Virus record (IMG/VR): IMGVR_UViG_3300009026_000010
Location: 1-62,440 of that record
Length of the DNA stretch: 62,440 bases
Strand: one strand, 5' to 3'
Source: a virus
Taxonomy: Duplodnaviria; Caudoviricetes
Below the pieces are notes generated by a model. The model was not told the origin of the DNA. It was given only the letters and a program-made list of their open reading frames with translations, and ran no database searches. Both the position numbers and the translations under genes were made by a program. This document shows positions 47,130 to 56,681 of this stretch, one piece after another (position 1 is the first letter of the stretch; every line of letters starts with the position of its first letter).

Positions 47130-48076
47130 GCACCACCGCCAGTGATGATGTCAGCAGCCAGAGTGGACTGAGCGTTGGAGGCGGCAGCAGCGACATCAGC
47201 GAAACCAGACACAGCACGTGCGATAGCATCGCCTTTGGGCTGAGCATCTGCCAGACCAATCTTCAACTTGTCTTTGGACACAGAACTGTTAAATTTGATT
47301 TCAGCAGCTGCAAGACGAAGCCGCTCGAAGCCAAGCTCCACTTCATAATACGAAGACAATGCACTTTGTAGCGCAGCATACATCTGTGCTTTGACTTTTT
47401 GACGCTCAATGTCTTTATCAGGCAGCATCATCCACTGACGGTAGAAATCAGCAAGAGCACTCATTACCCCAAGCTTCAAACGAATAGCCTGTTCCTCAGC
47501 GAACTTGAGCAGGTCCAGTTTGATTTCAGCATCTTTGGTAGTCTGTTGACGGTTGACGGTAGCAATAGCGTCACTGGCACGCTCTCCAGCTTCAGTGATA
47601 GCGCGTACCATAGAACCTGTAGGCAAGCCGTACCCTCGCTGGACATACTCAGCTTTGATCTGACTCACTTCGCTGTTCGCAGTGCGATACGCACGGTCAC
47701 GTCCTTCATGCCACACAGCATCGAACGCTTCGCGGCTGAGGCCAAGAGGTTTCTCTCCAGTGATGATCCCACACAACCACTCTTCCGGTGACGTCTTTAG
47801 GCAAGCATTTAGCTCAGGGAAATACTTATCGAGCCACTTCTCTGCTTCACCATCAAGGAACATCAGGCTGGACTGTGTAGTGTCACCTTCTACGCCTAAA
47901 AGGTCAGAGAAGGTAGGCGGTCTTTCTCCCGTAAACTGACCGGGGTTAAAACTGAAGTTATAAGAACCTACACCGCTGCCTACCGAAAACGGAATCCTGT
48001 TAGCCAGCGTAGATGCACGACCAAGAGCGTCGTTAGCGAAGTCCTGTAGAAAATCAATACTTCTGTCTATGTACAT
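47126..48076 (-). CDS. putative virion protein (helical)
   Basis: Late-operon ORF; AAGGA SD. Confidence 0.75.
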   Translation of the reverse strand: MYIDRSIDFLQDFANDALGRASTLANRIPFSVGSGVGSYNFSFNPGQFTGERPPTFSDLLGVEGDTTQSSLMFLDGEAEKWLDKYFPELNACLKTSPEEWLCGIITGEKPLGLSREAFDAVWHEGRDRAYRTANSEVSQIKAEYVQRGYGLPTGSMVRAITEAGERASDAIATVNRQQTTKDAEIKLDLLKFAEEQAIRLKLGVMSALADFYRQWMMLPDKDIERQKVKAQMYAALQSALSSYYEVELGFERLRLAAAEIKFNSSVSKDKLKIGLADAQPKGDAIARAVSGFADVAAAASNAQSTLAADIITGGGA

Positions 48077-48078
48077 GG

Positions 48079-49992
48079 TTATTTCCTTTTGTTCTGGCGG
48101 CGAGTAGACAAGCCTACGTTAAATTCTACGTCAGACAGTTCAGCAGACGTAGCATCTACAATCTCAAGATGTAGACGCCAGTGCCTTGCCTTGACACCCT
48201 TAGCCAAACTGGCTCGTCCATCTTCTTGACCATTAAGCACACGATATACGATAGGCTGTCCGTTGTCGGCAGCAGCGCGCAGATAAATTTCACCATCAGT
48301 GGCGATACCTACGAATACATCCGACAGGTATTTGAGCTGTGCTGCCCCAAATCCCTTACCACCAAAATCAATAGAAGCTTGGATTGGAGAACTATCTTCA
48401 TCCATACGCTCGACACGATAGATACCGTCTTTCTTCCAGCCGTAAGTATCGCCTTTGTGGTCGCGGAAGAAGCCATCGAAATCAAAGTCTTGGTATTGAG
48501 TAATCGCGCCCTTACCTACGCTTACCGCATACTGGGCTTGTAGCCTCGCGTCAGAAGACGAATCATTACTGATTATAAGCTGCTCTGTTGCTATGAGAGT
48601 GAGTAACTGCCCTACTGTTACATTGTCGCCAACAGTAATCGTCTCGATAGCCGACAGGTCAATCTGGCCAATAATAGACGCGAACGTGTAGACCGACATG
48701 CTCTCTTCTACAACAATGAGAATAGAGCTGTTGATCAGTACACTATCCGATACGACCATACCGCAGCCCACTTCTGCAAGGCTAAGGTTCGACGATCCTT
48801 GGTACGCCAGCATTATGGGAACTTGGAAATTACCGACCATGTTGCCGTACAGAGCATCATCTTCCGCAGCGATACCACGCCATCTGCTCGGCCAGTCTTC
48901 TTCCATACGGCCGAACGCTCCTACCATAACCAAACCAAGTAGATACGGGCGTGGAGCAACGCCAGTCATCAACGCAACACCGTTCTTTGGAGGACCAAGC
49001 TCTCCACGCAAAGTGAAGACAGGAAACTCTCCATGCATAGCACCTGATTGGCTTTCTGAAGCAAGCCCTTCAGGAGCAGGGAAACTACCAGCCATATATC
49101 CAACAAGCTCTTGCTGCAGACGTACTACAGACTGTGACAACATGGATACGCTTGATTGCTGCTCAATGCTCGGATTAAACAGCGCTCTGGATGCTGCCAA
49201 CATAGGCACTGCATACGACCGAGGCCCGATACGTACAAGAGCGTCTGACAGCATCTTGACTATTGTTGACATGGTGAAGCTGACCACAGGGTCAGACACC
49301 ATAGGGATCAAGCCACCGCCAATCGCAGCGATTGTGGGGTCAAACACAACAGCTGAACTGTAGATAACTCCTTTCAGCACCCATGCTGTGGGCGGAGCCT
49401 GAGAACTTTCATACACGGCTACGCCGTTAAGACGGTAGATTACTTTGTTACCTACCACGTCAATGCGGAATTCTTGTATACCCTCAGCATCAGACTCAGC
49501 TTCGAAGACAGACGAGCCATTTTCAACCACAGCCACACGGCCTGAATCAACAAGCCATGCGTGGCTGCAGCTACTGAAACTGTATGCTTGGTTGGTAGTA
49601 CGGGATAGGCCAACTAGAGCGCCGTCAAGACCAGCATCAACTCTGAATGCTGTGTAAAAATTATCTGCACCTTGGGCAATACTAACGCCGCCAGCTGTCC
49701 AGCCTACATCCCGAATAAGATAAGCTGGAACAGCCTGCACGTATTCTATAGCAGGATAGCATTGGGTTTGGGTGCCTACACGACGCCATTGGTAGGTTCC
49801 AGACGCGCCACATATTGTCGAAACGGCACCGTTTTCGCCGATTTCCATTCTACATACAGTTCCACCCTTACCGTCTGGTACCCATACACGACGTATGACA
49901 GGTACCTGAGCGCAATATGCAGGACGTGCTTCTACCCCCCGAATAGCCTCGACGTATTCAACGTTGACGATACGCACGAGGGCGTTACGCAT
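48079..49992 (-). CDS. putative tail protein with lectin/ConA-like segment
   Basis: FRIDVVGNKVIYRLNG beta pattern; GGGAG SD. Confidence 0.7.
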   Translation of the reverse strand: MRNALVRIVNVEYVEAIRGVEARPAYCAQVPVIRRVWVPDGKGGTVCRMEIGENGAVSTICGASGTYQWRRVGTQTQCYPAIEYVQAVPAYLIRDVGWTAGGVSIAQGADNFYTAFRVDAGLDGALVGLSRTTNQAYSFSSCSHAWLVDSGRVAVVENGSSVFEAESDAEGIQEFRIDVVGNKVIYRLNGVAVYESSQAPPTAWVLKGVIYSSAVVFDPTIAAIGGGLIPMVSDPVVSFTMSTIVKMLSDALVRIGPRSYAVPMLAASRALFNPSIEQQSSVSMLSQSVVRLQQELVGYMAGSFPAPEGLASESQSGAMHGEFPVFTLRGELGPPKNGVALMTGVAPRPYLLGLVMVGAFGRMEEDWPSRWRGIAAEDDALYGNMVGNFQVPIMLAYQGSSNLSLAEVGCGMVVSDSVLINSSILIVVEESMSVYTFASIIGQIDLSAIETITVGDNVTVGQLLTLIATEQLIISNDSSSDARLQAQYAVSVGKGAITQYQDFDFDGFFRDHKGDTYGWKKDGIYRVERMDEDSSPIQASIDFGGKGFGAAQLKYLSDVFVGIATDGEIYLRAAADNGQPIVYRVLNGQEDGRASLAKGVKARHWRLHLEIVDATSAELSDVEFNVGLSTRRQNKRK

Positions 49993-50007
49993 ATCGGTAC
50001 TCCCATA

Positions 50008-50463
50008 TTACTGAGGAGGAAACGCGATCTGGAAGAAGCCAATGCGGATAGGCGCATCTTCGAAGAGCGTGTCAGAAGTCAAGCCAAGGTCTGCGTTACC
50101 TGCACCTGCAGTTCCTTGAACCCGATACAGGGTAGTCGAAGCCAGACCATCATCAGACAGTTTCACCAGCCTGAAGAAAGTAGGTACTCCGGTGACAATA
50201 ACATCGCCTGACCACACTTCAGACAGATTCTTGGTGATGAATCCTCCCCCCGCTGGTGACTGGAAAGTAACTCCCGTGCCGGTACTATCCACACTAATTT
50301 CGGCAATGAGGATATTACTTACGCCAAGCGCTACGTCTGCATTACACGGACCAGCTGGAATAGGACCGCTGTACAGGCGCAACACTGAGTTATCCATCAA
50401 AGACTTGAAGCTGGCATTTGTCAGCAGGTTGTTACGCAGGCCAGTACTGAAACTGAGGCTCAT
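50008..50463 (-). CDS. putative tail structural protein
   Basis: STGLRN...LRLYSG.xP pattern common in phage tail modules. Confidence 0.75.
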   Translation of the reverse strand: MSLSFSTGLRNNLLTNASFKSLMDNSVLRLYSGPIPAGPCNADVALGVSNILIAEISVDSTGTGVTFQSPAGGGFITKNLSEVWSGDVIVTGVPTFFRLVKLSDDGLASTTLYRVQGTAGAGNADLGLTSDTLFEDAPIRIGFFQIAFPPQ

Positions 50464-50467
50464 AGTC

Positions 50468-50875
50468 TTAATCCTGTATCAAAATTTCCCCGATGGCAAA
50501 GGACACGATTGTGCTCTCCACCACAGGAATGTTAGGGGTAGGGCGACCGTATGCCAACAGATCACCGGTTGTTGCATCACGAACTGCGACGTGGGTAACT
50601 AAGTAGTTTGCACCTACAGCAGCAGGATCGAACTCTACCAAGATATCGTTGGTAGCTTGAGCGACAAGCTCTGGTCCACCAAGGTCAACGTTGTTGACTT
50701 CGAAGGTCACAGTCTGGCGTACATAGTTCGCATCCATACCCACAGTCACTTCGTTACCGAGTACTGGGTTGCCAGTATGCAGCGACACTTCCCACACAGT
50801 CGGCCGAGCAGCTACTGTGTCGGTAGTAAAGTACCGCTTGAGCTGGTCACTTGCTCGTTGAAGAGGAATACTCAT
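50468..50875 (-). CDS. putative tail structural protein
   Basis: SLHT..P...EV...YxRQ...THVAVRDA. Confidence 0.75.
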   Translation of the reverse strand: MSIPLQRASDQLKRYFTTDTVAARPTVWEVSLHTGNPVLGNEVTVGMDANYVRQTVTFEVNNVDLGGPELVAQATNDILVEFDPAAVGANYLVTHVAVRDATTGDLLAYGRPTPNIPVVESTIVSFAIGEILIQD

Positions 50876-50886
50876 TTGTCAGCTCC

Positions 50887-51405
50887 TTACGAAAGCGCGG
50901 TGATAGGCACATAGGTTATGGAAGTCAGTACCCGGATGTCATCAGCCGGTGTTGCTGGGCGTGGGTCATCAAGACGGAATACAGACAGAAGCAAGCCGGT
51001 GTTGCCGCCTTTTGCCGAAGACGAACACATGAAGACACCACGGATAATACGATCAGTAGTTGGCGAGAACACAGCCCTGTTATCTTCGTTATCGTGTGTA
51101 CCATCTTCGTAACTTCGTACCCACAGAGGACGAGCGCCTTGGGTGTAGGCCACGAACTCACCGATCACTGACGGCAGATCGGCAGAAGTTGCTGCGCTGG
51201 AAGGTACGTAGTTACCATCGAACAAACCGATGTAGAAATCACTTATTGGGCTGACTGCGCCGAACGGAGCTTGAGCGAGAAAGTCCCGTCCCACATCGGG
51301 GATTAGATTAAACGCCGGGGGGCTGGTGTATTTCACTCTGCCCGTCTCCCGATCAACAATCTCGATCTGGTGGGTAAACCCCTTAATAACCATTGCATCT
51401 TTCAT
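50887..51405 (-). CDS. putative tail structural protein
   Basis: YIGLF...Y...R...IRGVF pattern. Confidence 0.75.
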   Translation of the reverse strand: MKDAMVIKGFTHQIEIVDRETGRVKYTSPPAFNLIPDVGRDFLAQAPFGAVSPISDFYIGLFDGNYVPSSAATSADLPSVIGEFVAYTQGARPLWVRSYEDGTHDNEDNRAVFSPTTDRIIRGVFMCSSSAKGGNTGLLLSVFRLDDPRPATPADDIRVLTSITYVPITALS

Positions 51406-52574
51406 CGCGGTACTACCTCCACATCGCAGTGATCACCAATTGCTGCTGCGTTTTTAGTTACGCCTCTGTTGAGTGACGTTACTACTGTCCTCACACCATC
51501 GACTTCGATGAAGCCAGACGCACCAGCCTGCGCACGGTTTGGTAAATAGTTGTCCTCATTCGGGAATGTAACAGCTCCGTCAGGAGTCCCGAATACCTGT
51601 CCTTCTTCAGTAAACCAAGTAGCTCTGTCATCTGGCAGAGTGATGCCGGTAAACGCCACGGCACCGCGATTTACCACTACCCGTTGCCTGTGTTCAGTAG
51701 TACCTATCCCAGAGATAAAATACGTCTTATCTGCGGTTATGTATACCCCCAAACCTGCACTTACTACATTTGTGATTTCCTGTGGAAACTGGATAACATC
51801 CTGAGCATCGCATAAATGTGGCGAATAAGGTTTGGTCATCCATAGATACCGTCCTCTGGCCATTAGGATAACAGCTCCGACCGACGCAAGAATAGCGGCC
51901 ATGGGGGGCGCAGAATCGTTAGCGGTAGTAAGTCGTTCGCCATCATCAAAAACACGAGTGACAGCGTAACTGGCAGCTGAATCACCTTGGTAATAGAGCG
52001 TCTGGCTATCCACCGCACTCACATATACTCTATCGCCCGACTGCTCAGTATACACACGAATCTGACGGCCTTCGGGCAGTTTGATGATCTTGACCTCACC
52101 GCCTGACTCTTCGCCTCGGTCAGACATCCGTGTAACCGCCACTTTATAGATACCTGCAGGTAAGCTGCCGGGTTCATCCACAATGGAGAAAGCAGGCGGG
52201 TACATACCCCATGGATACAACTCTCTACCGTCGAAGCACAGGGTCTCAGCTACGGTGCTGATATACAAAATGCCTTGATGCTCTACACCAGTGATACGCC
52301 CCGAAGCGTTGACTTGGCCAATCAACCGAGGAATGCCTTTCTCAAGCACAAAGACTTCATCGTTTTCTATGAACAACAAAGCGCCGTTGATACTGGCAGC
52401 GAAGCGAATATCAACCCCCTCGTATATCTTTCTGGCTCCGTTACGCAGAGTGAGCTTGCCATCATCACGGGCATCCATGTTGATTGCGTCTCGCACAAAG
52501 TTCTCTGGCAACCGGTCAGGGTCAGCCATGTTGTTCGCACCTAAAGACCAATCACTCTCTTTGGGGTATTCCAT
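51402..52574 (-). CDS. putative tail nozzle/stabilisation-type protein
   Basis: GANN...RDAINMD...G.L..R N-terminus resembles P22 gp10-type proteins. Confidence 0.6.
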   Translation of the reverse strand: MEYPKESDWSLGANNMADPDRLPENFVRDAINMDARDDGKLTLRNGARKIYEGVDIRFAASINGALLFIENDEVFVLEKGIPRLIGQVNASGRITGVEHQGILYISTVAETLCFDGRELYPWGMYPPAFSIVDEPGSLPAGIYKVAVTRMSDRGEESGGEVKIIKLPEGRQIRVYTEQSGDRVYVSAVDSQTLYYQGDSAASYAVTRVFDDGERLTTANDSAPPMAAILASVGAVILMARGRYLWMTKPYSPHLCDAQDVIQFPQEITNVVSAGLGVYITADKTYFISGIGTTEHRQRVVVNRGAVAFTGITLPDDRATWFTEEGQVFGTPDGAVTFPNEDNYLPNRAQAGASGFIEVDGVRTVVTSLNRGVTKNAAAIGDHCDVEVVPR

Positions 52575-52583
52575 GATGCCTTC

Positions 52584-53072
52584 CTACTCAGGTGTCAGGG
52601 CGTCGTAGGACCATTCGCAGACAAGTCCTCGATTCCGAGCTGTCTCATAAGCTCCAGTGAGGATTTCCGCCTCTCCGTCAGCATCTTCCAGCAATCCGGC
52701 GAGCACTCTGACGGTCTCGGCAGTTGTCGCCCATTGGGTGGCAAGGCGGGAATTGTCAACTGCGAATCGTCTGCGGAGCTGGGCGATTTCGTCTCGCAGC
52801 CGCTGAGCATCATCGCCAGCAGCGATAGCAGCAGCATCGTTCTGAATAGCATCTTGTTCTCCTATAGCGGCAGCTTCATCTACGCCTTTCTGCATACGGC
52901 GTTCTTCCTTTCGAGCAGCTGACACAGCAGCTGCCTGAGCTTCAGCAGCTTCGCGCTTGATGTTGGACACATCTGCTTCCCACCGGGCTGACTGATACAT
53001 CCACGCAGGCACCGCGCCTACCAAGAAAGCAATCAGGTATGGGGTAAGAGCACGAAGCACAGCCAAGTTCAT
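52584..53072 (-). CDS. Rz: i-spanin (Rz-like)
   Basis: N-terminal TM plus coiled coil; directly after the endolysin. Confidence 0.85.
   Translation of the reverse strand: MNLAVLRALTPYLIAFLVGAVPAWMYQSARWEADVSNIKREAAEAQAAAVSAARKEERRMQKGVDEAAAIGEQDAIQNDAAAIAAGDDAQRLRDEIAQLRRRFAVDNSRLATQWATTAETVRVLAGLLEDADGEAEILTGAYETARNRGLVCEWSYDALTPE
52595..52852 (-). CDS. Rz1: o-spanin lipoprotein (Rz1-like), fully embedded in Rz
   Basis: Signal peptide with lipobox LSGC; Pro-rich mature part; alternate frame inside Rz. Confidence 0.85.
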   Translation of the reverse strand: MLFRTMLLLSLLAMMLSGCETKSPSSADDSQLTIPALPPNGRQLPRPSECSPDCWKMLTERRKSSLELMRQLGIEDLSANGPTTP

Positions 53073-53455
53073 GGGTACTTCCTCCGATCAAGTTCGAAGT
53101 GCGGACCATCTTTGAACGTACGCCAGTCACCGCCCCATACGATAGGGACATCCAAGGACTGAGCAGCACGCTTCATGGCATCTGCAAGTTTATAGTACAG
53201 AGGCCAGTCCCAGCTCATACGTGTGCCGATATATGCTGCCAAGTCAACGGCGTGGCCTGTCAGGTGACGACTATTGAGCGTCCTACTGGCTCCGGCTGCT
53301 TTCAGCTCGCGTTGGCGCTCAATAGTACGCAGCCCTTCAGCCACACCAAAATCAACTTCAGTAAGCTCGATAGCCAGCTTCACCACTGATACAAGATCAG
53401 GGTGTACGCCTTCCATATTAGAAAGGCTGCGCTTACTGAGCTTGAACTTACTCAT
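53069..53455 (-). CDS. endolysin, M15 (L-Ala-D-Glu) peptidase
   Basis: EGLR...Q, SRHLTGHAVD, WGGDW...DGPHFE. Confidence 0.92.
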   Translation of the reverse strand: MSKFKLSKRSLSNMEGVHPDLVSVVKLAIELTEVDFGVAEGLRTIERQRELKAAGASRTLNSRHLTGHAVDLAAYIGTRMSWDWPLYYKLADAMKRAAQSLDVPIVWGGDWRTFKDGPHFELDRRKYP

Positions 53456-53801
53456 TTTTTTCCGTCATCTTGTCTATTTTGTTTTTGGCAAACCGCTCGA
53501 TAAGGCTGCTGGTGACATCGCCGCCTAACACTGCCGTGAAGATACATATAGCCGCTGCCGTATATGGGTGCATGTCATATGACATCGCTACCATGAACGT
53601 AGCAAGTCCGGTAAGACCTGCAGCACCGAAGCGCATAAGGATTCGGCAGACTATCTGTTTCCAAGTCATATCGGTAATGGAAGAAGCCCGAAGCATTTCT
53701 CCACTCAGTCCTGATGCCATAGCCAACACAACGATAATCCAGAGAGGAAGATCGGCTATGTTTTTTATCGCATCGCCTACTTGCTGATGAGGGTCTGTCA
53801 T
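53448..53801 (-). CDS. holin (about 3 TM)
   Basis: Three hydrophobic helices and charged C-terminus; directly before the endolysin; AAGGA SD before ATG 53801. Confidence 0.75.
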   Translation of the reverse strand: MTDPHQQVGDAIKNIADLPLWIIVVLAMASGLSGEMLRASSITDMTWKQIVCRILMRFGAAGLTGLATFMVAMSYDMHPYTAAAICIFTAVLGGDVTSSLIERFAKNKIDKMTEKNE

Positions 53802-53826
53802 AGTACTTCTTCCTTCTGTTGCTTTT

Positions 53827-54489
53827 TTATAAACCGCCATAGCCGGTACTGATATTCTGCGGGCCGTTGCGTCTTTGCGATTCCGAAGTTGTGTAGCCAT
53901 CTATTAGATACTCAAAGGCGTTAAGGCTTTGTTCCGAAGTCTCTCTGTTGAAAGTCTCAGCATCATTCTTTTTGAACGCCAAAAACTTCATCCACTCCAT
54001 AATCGCTGGTCGAAGTTGGTGTGGTACTTCGAATCGTTTACCACACTCCAGCTCTGACAGAGGAAGACGGTAGATTACCAAACGCAGCTCCCCAGCAGTC
54101 TCAGGGGTAGGGTACAAACGAGCGTTTGTGCTCCCGGTATACAACACACGCGGTCTACCGGAAGTAGAAAACAGGCGCACTCCCTGCGCGATTGCAGCAT
54201 CCAATGAATCAATTTCGAGATAGCATTCTTGACCGTTCTCTACCCATACTGCTCCCCGAATACGGAGTATAGAAGGGAAGATGGCGATGTCTGCTTCTCC
54301 GGCAAAGACTTCATACCGCGCTGCGTCAGTACTCATGTCTTGGATACACAAGGTTCGTTGAGCTACGACACTTTCACCCTCAGACATATAGCTGAAAATC
54401 TCCCGGTCAGACCAGAAGTACGGAGCGATGTTATCGCCCGTACGGACACGGAACTCTTTCAACATTTGTTCGGGGGTGTCAGTGTACAT
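53827..54489 (-). CDS. head-tail adaptor
   Basis: D...YFWSD...LYPTP...K.DAET pattern; position after the capsid genes. Confidence 0.7.
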   Translation of the reverse strand: MYTDTPEQMLKEFRVRTGDNIAPYFWSDREIFSYMSEGESVVAQRTLCIQDMSTDAARYEVFAGEADIAIFPSILRIRGAVWVENGQECYLEIDSLDAAIAQGVRLFSTSGRPRVLYTGSTNARLYPTPETAGELRLVIYRLPLSELECGKRFEVPHQLRPAIMEWMKFLAFKKNDAETFNRETSEQSLNAFEYLIDGYTTSESQRRNGPQNISTGYGGL

Positions 54490-54492
54490 AGC

Positions 54493-54897
54493 TTAGTTGA
54501 TCCCGTGCTCAGCCTTATACTCTTTCCACACCTTGTCGCGCTCGGTGTTAGAAATCTGGAAGCCACTGATGGTCTCCAAAGAACGAACCTGTGGCGCACC
54601 GTTGCGGGTGTAGTCAGTAGGTTCTTCGCGCTCTCGGATAACATCCATGGCAGCGAACAGAGCAATCCGACGCTCTTCAGCAACTTCTTCGCTGTACTGC
54701 TCAATGGTAATCAGCTCAGGAGCTTCTGTATCCTCCGTGACAGGCACACAACCAGCTGCCTGCACAGCGGCGATTACTCGCTTGCTGTTCGGTACATAAG
54801 TAGTGGTATTGGCTTTGAAGCCGATGGAATAACCGTCGAGGGTGGCAACTACCACGTCTCGCAGTGAAATATATGGGACTTTTTGTTGGACGCTCAT
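54493..54897 (-). CDS. head-associated hypothetical protein
   Basis: C-terminal DYTRNGAP...ERD..W; GGAG SD. Confidence 0.75.
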   Translation of the reverse strand: MSVQQKVPYISLRDVVVATLDGYSIGFKANTTTYVPNSKRVIAAVQAAGCVPVTEDTEAPELITIEQYSEEVAEERRIALFAAMDVIREREEPTDYTRNGAPQVRSLETISGFQISNTERDKVWKEYKAEHGIN

Positions 54898-54918
54898 GCG
54901 TTTCTTCTCCGATGGTTA

Positions 54919-54947
54919 GAAAAAAGGGAGGGGATTGCTCCCCTCCC
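54919..54947 (-). terminator. intrinsic terminator after the capsid genes
   Basis: gggagggga-gcaa-tcccctccc followed by a U-tract on the minus strand. Confidence 0.8.
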
Positions 54948-54960
54948 AAGCTCCCAAACT

Positions 54961-55359
54961 TTACTGTACTTCGTTGCCGCGATCTACGACGATGTACTGC
55001 GCAATAACACGCAATGCACCAGCAGTCGCGCCAGTGGTAGCTACACCAGTGAAGGTGATAGCGCCACCATTGGGGAAGTACGTTCCAGCACCCGCCGAGA
55101 ACGCTGTGAAGCCAGCAGTCTCGATGTCGGCGTCATTCAGCAGTGCGTTAGCGGCACCACCTTCCAGACCAACATCCAACAGACCAGCGCCAGTAGCGTT
55201 GAACGGGGTAATTACCAATACACCACCGCTCAGCAAGATTGCGCCCGGAGGCAACTCAATCTTGATGGTAGACAGGCCAGCAGGCAAGAGGTCATCGACC
55301 TCAAGCAGCTGTTCTGCAGCCAGCGGATACTGGCGGTAGTTGTTTTGCAGAGTAGCCAT
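54961..55359 (-). CDS. capsid decoration/cement protein
   Basis: LPPGA..L...V...FN beta-sandwich pattern directly after MCP. Confidence 0.7.
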   Translation of the reverse strand: MATLQNNYRQYPLAAEQLLEVDDLLPAGLSTIKIELPPGAILLSGGVLVITPFNATGAGLLDVGLEGGAANALLNDADIETAGFTAFSAGAGTYFPNGGAITFTGVATTGATAGALRVIAQYIVVDRGNEVQ

Positions 55360-55371
55360 TTCGATATCCTC

Positions 55372-56490
55372 TTACTGTGCTACGTAGCAGTTGATCACAC
55401 CGAAATCTTCGGTGGAGCCGCCTTCGTAGATGTTGGGGAACTGAGGCTTCAGCAGGCCGAAGATTTTGCCGATGGCGATACCCTGACGGTTGCCATAGTC
55501 AAACTCTTTTTCCTCCCAGACTGGAGCGCCAATGTCGGCCATACCCAGTGCCTGAGCACCGCAGAACAGTACAGAGCAACCATCGACAGTACCGTCACCG
55601 CCCCACTTGCTGCCAGAAGCCAGACCAGCAGTGTTGTATACGTGACGGAAATCGTGGATAACCAGACCGTCAACAGTAGTCACACCACCAGCAAACAACT
55701 GGTTGCTTGCGGAACGCGGACCGGCACCACGCAGGTTAGCGATGTAGTCCGGGTCGAGCTTCAGCTTGGCCATTGCTTGCGGAGACAGGAAGACGTGATA
55801 CAGCTCTTCCCCGCCATCGCCACGCAGACCACGCATATAGCGCGAACGGGCATAAGCCTTGAGTTCTACCAACATTGCGTAGCTGGGCTTGTCATCGACA
55901 GTAACGTCAGTGGTAGCAGCGTTGGCAACCAGTGCCTTGGCAGTGCTATCCCAGCGCAGACGACGATTTGCAGAAGGAGGAGCTACATCAGCAGCGAACT
56001 CCAGATTCGGCAGATCAGACACCGGGCGCAGAACACCGTTGGTGCCGCGAGCGTAGGTCACACCGGCCAGCGTCAGGAACGCCAGTTGGTCGATACGGTC
56101 GCTCATCCAGTACGCCAGCATGTCACGGCTGGTGAAACGGAAGTTCACGATAGACTTCTGGTCAGCCATACGGCCTTCCTGCACGTTGGCGTCACGCAGC
56201 TGATCCATGCGGATCACCCGGTCGTGGGACAACAGCGCTTCTTCGTTACCTTCCAGCTGGCGATCACCAGCTACACCGTCACCCTGCATGTCAGACAGCA
56301 AGGTCAATACGGCTCGGGCACCTTTCTCGTTCTTACGGAGTTCGGTGACACGTTGAATCATTGAGTTGGGGCCAGTGCCAGTGAATTTCTCCACAAAGCT
56401 GGCGTTACGGGCGCGCTTCCAAAAGTCCAGCGACCATGCGGTCTTCTGTTCTTCGGTGAGCCGCGCAAAGTTTGTCATGTTTCCAGACAT
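55372..56490 (-). CDS. major capsid protein (N4-gp56-like family)
   Basis: G...LEGNEE.L, FDYGN, DFGVI motifs; strong codon bias. Confidence 0.88.
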   Translation of the reverse strand: MSGNMTNFARLTEEQKTAWSLDFWKRARNASFVEKFTGTGPNSMIQRVTELRKNEKGARAVLTLLSDMQGDGVAGDRQLEGNEEALLSHDRVIRMDQLRDANVQEGRMADQKSIVNFRFTSRDMLAYWMSDRIDQLAFLTLAGVTYARGTNGVLRPVSDLPNLEFAADVAPPSANRRLRWDSTAKALVANAATTDVTVDDKPSYAMLVELKAYARSRYMRGLRGDGGEELYHVFLSPQAMAKLKLDPDYIANLRGAGPRSASNQLFAGGVTTVDGLVIHDFRHVYNTAGLASGSKWGGDGTVDGCSVLFCGAQALGMADIGAPVWEEKEFDYGNRQGIAIGKIFGLLKPQFPNIYEGGSTEDFGVINCYVAQ

Positions 56491-56623
56491 GGCGATGCCT
56501 CTCCGGTACGGTGATAAGTATGAAGTCGTATGGGTGGTACTTCAGGATTCGAGGTGCGCTCTCGATAGCGGGGGTGAGCACTGCGCGGCTCTGAGCGGGG
56601 TGGACAAATACGTCCGTAGTCAG

Positions 56624-56660
56624 ACTATAGAAGCAAAAAAGCCGGAACGCAAGTTCCGGC
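56624..56660 (-). promoter_or_regulatory. terminator hairpin overlapping a sigma70-like promoter for MCP
   Basis: gccggaac-ttgc-gttccggc followed by tttttt; TTGCGT-N17-TATAGT. Confidence 0.6.
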
Positions 56661-56681
56661 TTTAAATAACTTCGCTATTTA

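Noticed and set aside
54883-56364. 493-aa antisense ORF over the capsid genes
   Set aside because: Shadow ORF on the non-coding strand of highly biased genes.
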